This document shows, in pieces, positions 1 through 7,390 of a stretch of DNA of 32,227 bases. The stretch comes from a virus (lineage: Duplodnaviria > Caudoviricetes), in IMG/VR virus record IMGVR_UViG_3300008448_000373, positions 1 to 32,227 of that record. One strand, 5' to 3'. Position 1 is the stretch's first letter, and every line of letters starts with the position of its first letter. Under the pieces are notes generated by a model, which saw only the letters and a program-made list of their open reading frames with translations, ran no database searches and was not told the DNA's origin. The position numbers were made by a program, and so were the translations under genes.

Positions 1-113
1 GCAAGGAAGAGGAGCGGCTCCTAAGAGAAAGGCAGGCGTACCTGCTGGCGACTTTTCTTTTCCTCCTATACCTGTGGCTACTGTTAGCCCTCTTAAACAG
101 GACTGGGAGTTAG
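1..113 (+). CDS. 3' end of a membrane protein (partial, starts upstream of window)
   Basis: Frame 3 is open from position 3: KEEERLLRERQAYLLATFLFLLYLWLLLALLNRTGS, stop TAG at 111-113. Charged stretch followed by a C-terminal hydrophobic helix. Confidence 0.6.
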   Translation, partial: KEEERLLRERQAYLLATFLFLLYLWLLLALLNRTGS

Positions 114-298
114 TGATGGGTTGGATTGCTGCTTGTTTGCTTGTAGTCGTGTTGTTGCCTCTACTTGGAATGTTGTACATGGATGTGCTGCAAACCAAAA
201 AGGAAGCCCAAACGCAAATTGAAAAGATGGAAAAATTACGCAGAGAAGTTGAAAAGGAAAAACGAAATGATTCCAATAGTCGCATCCCTCCTCGGTAG
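74..298 (+). CDS. Single-TM plus coiled-coil membrane protein in the lysis cassette (possibly spanin-like); start uncertain
   Basis: TM segment WIAACLLVVVLLPLLGMLY followed by charged coiled coil KKEAQTQIEKMEKLRREVEKEK. The frame is open back to position 2, so the start could be upstream of the window, GTG74 or ATG116. Confidence 0.6.
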   Translation: MATVSPLKQDWELVMGWIAACLLVVVLLPLLGMLYMDVLQTKKEAQTQIEKMEKLRREVEKEKRNDSNSRIPPR

Positions 299-779
299 CC
301 TAGCCGAAAACGGCCTTGGGCTGCTTTCCAGTGCCATCCAAGCCAAAGGCAAAGAGGTAGTTGAGAAAACGCTTGGCGTAAAAATTCCTGACAACCCAAC
401 CGCAGAAGATGTCAGCAATCTGCGCCAGCTTCAGTATGAACACGAAGAGCGCCTACTTGAGTTGGGTATTGAGAAAGCCAAGATGGAATTGGCTGAATTG
501 CAGATGTTTGCCGATGCCGCCAAGAACGAAGATGACAACGTAACAGACCGTTGGAAATCGGATATGAACAGTGATTCTTGGTTGTCCAAGAACATTCGCC
601 CCATGAGCCTGATTGCCATCTTTTCTGGGTATTTCCTGTTTGCCATGATGTCTGCCTTTGGCTATAACGCCAATGAGTCTTATGTGTCCTTGCTTGGGCA
701 GTGGGGCATGTTGATAATGGGCGCATACTTTGGCGGCAGAACCATTGAGAAATTAGCCGAAATGAAAGGCAGAAAATGA
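267..779 (+). CDS. Holin, 3-TM (GTA_holin_3TM-like)
   Basis: ATG267 preceded by AAAGGAAA. C-terminal SWLSKNIRP, two TM helices and YFGGRTIEK match the pattern of this holin family. Lies just upstream of the endolysin. Confidence 0.75.
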   Translation: MIPIVASLLGSLAENGLGLLSSAIQAKGKEVVEKTLGVKIPDNPTAEDVSNLRQLQYEHEERLLELGIEKAKMELAELQMFADAAKNEDDNVTDRWKSDMNSDSWLSKNIRPMSLIAIFSGYFLFAMMSAFGYNANESYVSLLGQWGMLIMGAYFGGRTIEKLAEMKGRK

Positions 780-1000
780 AAGCCAAGCTAACCTTTTTTG
801 TGACCTTGATGGTCAGCTTTACTCTATGCGTTGTCATTATTGGCATGGTAGCCGTACTGATGGCTGGTTTGTTTGATCCATTGGTTGATAACGCAGAAAT
901 ATTTAAACTAATTAGTCCAGCGTTCCAAACCATTGTTGGCGGATTTATTGGCTTATTGGCTGGCGTGAAACTGTCGCACGGCGAAACGGAGGAAAAATGA
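776..1000 (+). CDS. Small 2-TM membrane protein (lysis-associated)
   Basis: Two hydrophobic helices; ATGA overlaps with both neighbouring genes. Confidence 0.7.
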   Translation: MKAKLTFFVTLMVSFTLCVVIIGMVAVLMAGLFDPLVDNAEIFKLISPAFQTIVGGFIGLLAGVKLSHGETEEK

Positions 1001-1338
1001 GCTTAAGCACTGAACAAGCTGCGTTTTTGCTGGACATGTGTAAGCTAATCCAGTACGCTACAGACCAAGGATTCGTGGTGACCGGCGGGGAACTTGCCCG
1101 TACCCCCGAACAGCAAGCCATTTATTTTAAGACGGGGCGTTCCAAGACTATGAATTCCATCCATCTAAAGCGCTGCGCCATAGACTTGAATTTCTTCAAG
1201 GACGGAAAGATCATCTGGGACAAAGGCATCCTTGCGCCGCTGGGCGCGTATTGGGAGACTCTGCATCCAAAGAACCGATGGGGCGGCAACTTCAAGTCAT
1301 TGGTAGATTGCCCTCATTTTGAGCGCAACGTAGGTTAA
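997..1338 (+). CDS. Endolysin, peptidase M15 family (L-Ala-D-Glu peptidase-like)
   Basis: Motifs RTPEQQ, SIHLKRCAID (SxH...D zinc ligands), WGG and DCPHFE. Confidence 0.88.
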   Translation: MSLSTEQAAFLLDMCKLIQYATDQGFVVTGGELARTPEQQAIYFKTGRSKTMNSIHLKRCAIDLNFFKDGKIIWDKGILAPLGAYWETLHPKNRWGGNFKSLVDCPHFERNVG

Positions 1339-1340
1339 AG

Positions 1341-3590
1341 ATGCCCTTACAGAAACTCCAGCTTCGCCCCGGTGTAAACAGAGAAAGCACCTCTTACGCC
1401 AATGAGGGCGGGTATTACGCATCCAACAAGATTCGGTTTCGCTCAGGTATGCCTGAGAAGGTTGGCGGCTGGGCTAAAGACACAGGAACAAACCTTTCTA
1501 CGTTACAGCCGACCACAGGTACGCTTTGGGGTGTCTGTCGTGCGTTATGGAATTGGCTCAACTTAACAGGTTACAACTTGTTGGCGCTGGGAACAAACCT
1601 CAAATACTATATTCAAAACGGTGTAAATGGCTTTTACTATGATGTAACCCCGCTGCGCAATACAACTACCGCAGGTGAGGCCACCTTTGCCGCTTCTACT
1701 GGGTCAACAACAATTACAGTTACCGATGCAGGACACGGTGCGCAAACTGGCGACTTTGTAACTTTTAGCGGCGCAGTTTCTTTGGGCGGTGTTATTACAG
1801 CCGCCATACTCAATGCCGAGTTTCAGATTACCTATCTAAGCTCTAACCAGTACACCATCACATCTTCAGTAGCAGCTAATGCAAGCGACTCTGGTAATGG
1901 CGGTGGGTCAGTTATTGCCGCTTATCAAATCACAACAGGTAATCCCGTATATACCCAGAACGTAGGCTGGGGCGCTGGTACTTGGGGTGGTCTTATTGTG
2001 GGTACAGCCACCACTGCGGTTTCCGGCGGTACGCTTTCAGCAGCTAACACTACCGTCACAGTGACCTCAACAACTGGGTTTTCTACGCCAACTGGCACTC
2101 TGTTGATTGACCAAGAGACAATTACCTACACTGGCACAACAGGCACAACATTTACAGGCTGCACTCGCGGAGTCAGTGGTACGGGTTCAGGCGCGGCTAC
2201 TACACATACAAACGGTACAGCAGTTGTTCAATCCACCACATTTACTGGTTGGGGTGCTTCGGCTCCTGCCGGTCAAGGTGTTGGACAACAGCTTCGCACA
2301 TGGAGCCAGTCAACCTTTGGCGAGGACTTGATTTTTAATGCCCGTGGTGGTGCGCTGTACTACTGGGCAAACTCTGCGTCAGCAAACACATTTAATCGTG
2401 CGCAGCTTCTCGGCCCTAGCGCGTCAATCGTTACAAAATCAGGAACTGTAACTACAGATTCTTCATGCCCAACAGTTGCCAACTTTGTAATGGTGTCAGA
2501 TTCCTCAAGGTTTGTCCTTGCGTTCGGCGTTAATGATTACGGCAGTGTGGTTCAAGACCCGTTGCTTATCCGCTGGTCTGACCAAGAGAGCTTTGCCACA
2601 TGGTTTCCGGCTATTACAAACCAAGCAGGTAGCTTCCGTTTAAGTGATGGCTCGCAAATTATTACAGCCATACAGACCCGCCAAGAGATTTTAGTATTGA
2701 CGGATTCTGCCATTTATTCTATGCAGTACCTTGGCCCACCTTATGTTTGGAGCTTTCAGATTCTGGGTAACAACATATCCATTGCTGGGCCAAATGCAAT
2801 AGCAACCGCTAACAATATCACGTACTGGATGGGCACGGATAAGTTCTACATGTACTCTGGTCGCGTTCAAACTCTGCCATGCACTTTGCGTCAGTATGTC
2901 TACAACGACATAAATTTAACCCAATCCTTTCAGTTTATGGCGGGAACCAACGAGGGTTACAACGAGGTGTGGTGGCAGTATTGTTCTGCCGACTCCGATG
3001 TAATTGATCGTTACGTTATATACAACCACTTGGATAATGTTTGGTACTACGGCGACTGGGTTAACTACACCGGCACGGCATTTCAAGGGCGCACTGCATG
3101 GCTGGACAGCGCATTACGCGCTTATCCTATGGCGGCAACCTATGGCGTGGCTGGCGGCACTACAAACGCATTACTCGTGTACCATGAAAATGGGGTGGAC
3201 GACGGCACAGTCAACCCATCAAATCCTATTGTGGCGCAGGTAACCTCATCTGACTTTGACATTGGGGACGGACACAACTTTGGCTTTGTTTGGCGGTTAA
3301 TCCCTGACCTGACCTTTGACGGATCAAATGTAAACGGGCCAACTGCCATGTTTACGGTACTCCCCCGCGCCAACCCCGGTGCGCCATATGGTGACTCAAA
3401 CAACCCAGATGTTGTCAGTGCGCAGAACTACCAGAACCAAAGAACCTATGAAATACAGCAGTTTACCCAGCAGGTGTATGTCAGGATTCGTGGTCGTCAG
3501 ATGGCGTTTAAGGTAAGCTCAGATGAGATTGGTGTCCAGTGGCAGTTGGGTGTACCGCGTATAGATATTCGTCCTGACGGTAGGAGATAA
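1341..3590 (+). CDS. Virion tail hub / stabilisation protein (P22 gp10-like position), beta-rich with Thr-rich inserted domains
   Basis: 749 aa with repeated propeller-like strands (LIRWSDQE, ILVLTDSAIYSMQYLGPP, YWMGTDKFYMYSG, EVWWQY). Located upstream of GNAT and ejection proteins as in podoviruses. Confidence 0.65.
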   Translation: MPLQKLQLRPGVNRESTSYANEGGYYASNKIRFRSGMPEKVGGWAKDTGTNLSTLQPTTGTLWGVCRALWNWLNLTGYNLLALGTNLKYYIQNGVNGFYYDVTPLRNTTTAGEATFAASTGSTTITVTDAGHGAQTGDFVTFSGAVSLGGVITAAILNAEFQITYLSSNQYTITSSVAANASDSGNGGGSVIAAYQITTGNPVYTQNVGWGAGTWGGLIVGTATTAVSGGTLSAANTTVTVTSTTGFSTPTGTLLIDQETITYTGTTGTTFTGCTRGVSGTGSGAATTHTNGTAVVQSTTFTGWGASAPAGQGVGQQLRTWSQSTFGEDLIFNARGGALYYWANSASANTFNRAQLLGPSASIVTKSGTVTTDSSCPTVANFVMVSDSSRFVLAFGVNDYGSVVQDPLLIRWSDQESFATWFPAITNQAGSFRLSDGSQIITAIQTRQEILVLTDSAIYSMQYLGPPYVWSFQILGNNISIAGPNAIATANNITYWMGTDKFYMYSGRVQTLPCTLRQYVYNDINLTQSFQFMAGTNEGYNEVWWQYCSADSDVIDRYVIYNHLDNVWYYGDWVNYTGTAFQGRTAWLDSALRAYPMAATYGVAGGTTNALLVYHENGVDDGTVNPSNPIVAQVTSSDFDIGDGHNFGFVWRLIPDLTFDGSNVNGPTAMFTVLPRANPGAPYGDSNNPDVVSAQNYQNQRTYEIQQFTQQVYVRIRGRQMAFKVSSDEIGVQWQLGVPRIDIRPDGRR

Positions 3591-3592
3591 GC

Positions 3593-3907
3593 ATGGGATT
3601 AAAAACCGCAACCCAACCGCGTTTACCAGCAGCGCCCGATCAGTATGACCGCCAGTATATGGAGCAGCTTATCAACGTGTTGCGCTTGTACTTTAGCCAA
3701 CTGGACAACGCCTCTCCCGCTGTGTTTTCTTCTCAAGGCGTTGGGACTACCTCGGTGGTAACTGCATTAACCTGCGCCCAACCTGACTTAACAACTCCCG
3801 GCGCAACCCAAGTTAGCCTGCCAACCCAAGCAGATCTTGCCAATCTCCGCAAGGGCGACATCTACTACGACACCACTGCCGCCAATGTTCTAAAGATCAA
3901 AGTATGA
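3593..3907 (+). CDS. Small virion-associated protein (position of a tail needle/adaptor)
   Basis: 104 aa, tightly coupled to the preceding gene; N-terminal PRLPAAPDQYDRQYMEQLINVLRLYFSQLDN helix. Confidence 0.6.
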   Translation: MGLKTATQPRLPAAPDQYDRQYMEQLINVLRLYFSQLDNASPAVFSSQGVGTTSVVTALTCAQPDLTTPGATQVSLPTQADLANLRKGDIYYDTTAANVLKIKV

Positions 3908-4227
3908 CCCACACAACCACCACCCCCACTGAATACGTTCAATTTGACGAAGTTGATGACATCTGGATTAGGTCGTACACCATCGAGAAGGCAGGCTGCG
4001 GTTTATCCCAGCACGTACATGAACACGACCACGCTACCCTCATTTCTCGGGGTACTATCGAGGCTTGGCAAGACGGGCAAAATATTGGACAATTCACTGC
4101 CCCTGCGGTGCTTACGATTCCGGCTGGCAAAAAACACATTTTCAAAGCATTGACAGACGATGTGGTGCTTTGTTGTTTACATAATCTGCGTGGGACTGGC
4201 TTAGAGTCGCCCCAATTCAAGGAGTAA
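3904..4227 (+). CDS. Cupin (RmlC-like) domain protein
   Basis: QHVHEHDHATLISRG (cupin motif 1) and IPAGKKHIFKAL (motif 2). Confidence 0.8.
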   Translation: MTHTTTTPTEYVQFDEVDDIWIRSYTIEKAGCGLSQHVHEHDHATLISRGTIEAWQDGQNIGQFTAPAVLTIPAGKKHIFKALTDDVVLCCLHNLRGTGLESPQFKE

Positions 4228-4230
4228 TTT

Positions 4231-5490
4231 ATGCCAGCGTTTGCCCTAACCGCCGCCGAGATTGCCGCCGCCGAAGCTGCCGCTATTGCTGCTGCCGAAG
4301 CCGCAGCGGTTCACGCCGCACAAGTAGCCGCCGCACAAGCTGCACAAGTAGCCGCCGCTGAAGCTGCCACACAAGCCGCCGCACAAGCGGCAACACAAGC
4401 TGCCACACAACAAGCCACCACCAGCGGCATTCAAACACTGGCACAAGAAGTTACAGGCACGCCATCCGCAGGAATTGAAGCGTTGAACATGGCGCAAGCA
4501 CCTGTTACGGGTCAAGTACCCACAGGGATTGAAACGCTGAACTTGGGTCAAGTACCTGTTACGGGGCAAGTACCTGTTACGGGGCAAGTACCTACAGTAG
4601 AGGAACAAGTTTTACAAGCCTTCCAAAACGCACAAGCAAACACCCCTAGCATGACGGGGCAGGAATTTTTAAATCAATCCTTTGCTGGCCCCGCTGTTGC
4701 GCCACCTGTTGCCCCTCCGCCCCCTCCAGCCCCTACGCTTCCCTCCCTTGGAGGCCCCGGAACAGGGTATCAAGGAAACGCCGTGCAGATTGGGTCAGGA
4801 AGTAACGCTACGTCCTACACGCCAGCAGAACTACAAATAATGCAAGGATCAGTACCATCGCCTGCACCAACTTCTGTAAACTCCCTACCACAGGACAGAA
4901 TGCTTAATTACGGGATGGAAACACAGGGCATAAAGACACCTTTGAATCAAACCGCAACTTACAACTTAACAGGATCAGGGGCACAACCTGCCGCAAAGCC
5001 CGGAATGGTTGAGGAGTTTATGAACATGTCGTTGCCAAACAAGCTTCTGACAGGCATGATGGGTGCGACTGGGTACGAGATGCTGAACAAGCCCAAACCT
5101 AAAGAAGAAGAAAAGTACAAATCTACGTTTAATCGCAACACATATCAAGCCTACAACCCCGTCCAACCTACTCCTTATCAACCTCGGTATGCTGTTGGCG
5201 GCATTGCGGATTTGGGCGACTATTCTGATTACGCTCGTGGTGGTCGCTTACTCAAAGGCCCCGGAGACGGTATGTCTGACGACATTCCTGCAACAATTGC
5301 TGGCAAACAACCCGCACGCTTGGCCAATGAAGAGTTTGTGATTCCTGCCGATGTGGTTTCCCACCTTGGTAATGGCTCATCTGAAGCAGGCGCTAAACAG
5401 TTGTACAAGATGATGGACAGAATCCGCAAAGCTCGCACTGGCACAAAGAAGCAAGGCAAGCAGATCAACCCTGAAAAGTACCTAGCTTAA
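4231..5490 (+). CDS. Probable internal virion / ejection protein, Ala/Pro-rich with globular C-terminal domain
   Basis: AAGGAG RBS; low-complexity N-terminus; C-terminal GPGDGMSDDIPA...ARLANEEFVIPADVVS block of the type seen in phage virion proteins. Confidence 0.65.
   Translation: MPAFALTAAEIAAAEAAAIAAAEAAAVHAAQVAAAQAAQVAAAEAATQAAAQAATQAATQQATTSGIQTLAQEVTGTPSAGIEALNMAQAPVTGQVPTGIETLNLGQVPVTGQVPVTGQVPTVEEQVLQAFQNAQANTPSMTGQEFLNQSFAGPAVAPPVAPPPPPAPTLPSLGGPGTGYQGNAVQIGSGSNATSYTPAELQIMQGSVPSPAPTSVNSLPQDRMLNYGMETQGIKTPLNQTATYNLTGSGAQPAAKPGMVEEFMNMSLPNKLLTGMMGATGYEMLNKPKPKEEEKYKSTFNRNTYQAYNPVQPTPYQPRYAVGGIADLGDYSDYARGGRLLKGPGDGMSDDIPATIAGKQPARLANEEFVIPADVVSHLGNGSSEAGAKQLYKMMDRIRKARTGTKKQGKQINPEKYLA
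4549..4593 (+). repeat. 18-bp tandem repeat CAAGTACCTGTTACGGGG x2.5 (encodes QVPVTG)
   Basis: Exact copies at 4549-4566 and 4567-4584, partial copy at 4585-4593, degenerate copy near 4495-4512. Confidence 0.9.
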
Positions 5491-5492
5491 AT

Positions 5493-5900
5493 ATGCCGCT
5501 GTACCACATACCCCCTCATCAACTGCCCACAGTATGGGATAAAGCTGCGCCACTCTTACAAAAGAGTATTGATATCGAACCGGACTTTATAACCATTGAG
5601 CAGGTGGAGTACGCAATGCGTACGGGAAAAATGTTTTTGCTTGTGTGGGACGAGCCGGATGAAGGTATTACCGGCGCGGCAGCGGTTGAGTTTATTGACT
5701 ACCCACGCTATCGTGTGGGGCATGGGGCTTTATTGGGCGGTAAAAGCGTAGTCAAGCCCCACGTATTAGCAGAGTTGGTTGCTTGGATGAAAGCTAACGG
5801 GGCTACGGTAGCCCAGTGTTGGTGCCGAAATGAATTGGTTCCCATGTATGAAAAGATGGGTATGGAACAAACCCATCACGTAATGAGGATGAAGATATGA
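5493..5900 (+). CDS. GNAT-fold acyltransferase-like protein (positional analogue of P22 gp14 / T7 gp13)
   Basis: 135 aa with GNAT-like pattern: strand pair MFLLVWD...ITGAAAVEF, helix LAELVAWMKANGA, then LVPMYEKMGME (YxKxGF-like). Lies immediately upstream of the pilot-like protein. Confidence 0.6.
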   Translation: MPLYHIPPHQLPTVWDKAAPLLQKSIDIEPDFITIEQVEYAMRTGKMFLLVWDEPDEGITGAAAVEFIDYPRYRVGHGALLGGKSVVKPHVLAELVAWMKANGATVAQCWCRNELVPMYEKMGMEQTHHVMRMKI

Positions 5901-7381
5901 ATATCACTAAGCATTTGTTTAGTTGGTTGACTGGCCAAAACTTTACCATGTACCTTGGAGGCGGTGGCGGTGGCGGTGGGCCGAACACAACATACTCACA
6001 GACTTCAAACATTCCTGAGTATGCGCAGCCGTATGTTGAAAAAATGTTGGGGTCTGCGCAAGAGGAAATTTTTAGCACAGATCCTGTTACCGGCAAAGAA
6101 AGAATAACGCCGTACACGCCTTTTAGCAACGACCCCAGCAAGTATTTTGCCGGGCCATCAAAACTGCAAACCGATGCGCGGACTGCTGCGGGAAATATGG
6201 GCGTTACCGCAGAGACTGGGCAAGCTGCAAATATGGCAAGACAGGCGGGGATGGCAGGTTTAGACACTACGTATCAAGCAGGTCAGTTTGGTAATCAGTT
6301 CCAAGCCCCCGGTCAATATCAGCCCGGTCAGTTTTCTATGGGTGAGGCGCGAGCACCTGACTTGCAGAATTATCAATTTCAAAACGCTCCGCAAGATGTG
6401 CAGTCTCAGCAGTTCAACCAGCAAGCTGCCCAAGCGTACATGAACCCCTACATGCAGTCCGTTGTGGACTTGCAACAACAAGATGCCCAGCGCCAAGCCG
6501 ATATTGCAACAACAGGACGTAACGCTCAAGCTGTGGGAGCAGGCGCTTTTGGTGGTTCTCGCCAAGCAATTATGGATGCTGAAGCAGCAAAAAACCTTGC
6601 TGCTCAAAAAGGTTCTATTCAAGCTACAGGTTTACAAAGCGCTTACGGCCAAGCCCAACAACAGTTTAATGCCGATCAAGCGCAGCGTATGCAAGCGGCG
6701 CTTGCTAATCAAGGTATGGGTTACAACGTAGGCTCTCAAAACCTAGCAGCAAACCTTGGTATCCAACAGCTTGGCGCGGGTCAAAACTTACAGGCGCAGT
6801 TGGCAAACCAACAAGCGCTGCAACAAGCACAAGGCGCTGCTGAACAATCTCGTCAATTTGGTGCTGGTCAGGGCATGACAGCCGCACAGCAACGCGCTCA
6901 ATACGGGTTAGCTGGGCAACAAGCAGGCGAGCAATCTCGTCAGTACGGCGCTGGGTTAAGAATGCAAGGACTTCAGACCGGCTTACAGGCGGCTGGGCAG
7001 TTGGGTCAGTTTGGTCAAAATATTTATGGCCAGCAGATGGGTATTAACCAGTTGCAAAACCAGTACGGCGCACAGCAACAGCAAGAACAACAAGCCATTA
7101 TTAATCAGCAGATTCAAGACTACGCAACAGCGCAACAGTATCCCATGCTGCAATTGGCAAACATGAATGCGTTGACGCGTGGTCTGCCTATGCAGTCAGC
7201 CACCACTCAGATATATCAAGCCCCGCCAAGCGCAGCTTCACAACTTGCCGGTTTGGGTCTAGCGGGGTATGGCCTGTCTCAATTGGGCGGGTCAGCAACA
7301 CCAAAAGCCAAGGGCGGTACGGTAAAAGCAAAGAAACGCCCTGCCGGTCTTGCTGAGTTAGCCCTGATGAAAATGCAGTAA
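5897..7381 (+). CDS. Gln/Gly/Ala-rich DNA ejection (pilot-like) protein
   Basis: N-terminal Gly8 tract, IPEYAQPY, YMNPYMQSVV, AGAFGGSRQA, long Q-rich helices and hydrophobic C-terminal LAGLGLAGYGL. Confidence 0.7.
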   Translation: MNITKHLFSWLTGQNFTMYLGGGGGGGGPNTTYSQTSNIPEYAQPYVEKMLGSAQEEIFSTDPVTGKERITPYTPFSNDPSKYFAGPSKLQTDARTAAGNMGVTAETGQAANMARQAGMAGLDTTYQAGQFGNQFQAPGQYQPGQFSMGEARAPDLQNYQFQNAPQDVQSQQFNQQAAQAYMNPYMQSVVDLQQQDAQRQADIATTGRNAQAVGAGAFGGSRQAIMDAEAAKNLAAQKGSIQATGLQSAYGQAQQQFNADQAQRMQAALANQGMGYNVGSQNLAANLGIQQLGAGQNLQAQLANQQALQQAQGAAEQSRQFGAGQGMTAAQQRAQYGLAGQQAGEQSRQYGAGLRMQGLQTGLQAAGQLGQFGQNIYGQQMGINQLQNQYGAQQQQEQQAIINQQIQDYATAQQYPMLQLANMNALTRGLPMQSATTQIYQAPPSAASQLAGLGLAGYGLSQLGGSATPKAKGGTVKAKKRPAGLAELALMKMQ

Positions 7382-7390
7382 GGAACACTC

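Noticed and set aside
165-266. Upstream extension of the holin ORF (MECCTWMCC...)
   Set aside because: It overlaps another plausible gene, has implausible composition, and ATG267 has a good RBS.
6820-6965. EQSRQ[FY]GAG repeat in the pilot-like protein
   Set aside because: Real but only two degenerate copies in a Gln-rich helical protein, which is ordinary for this class.
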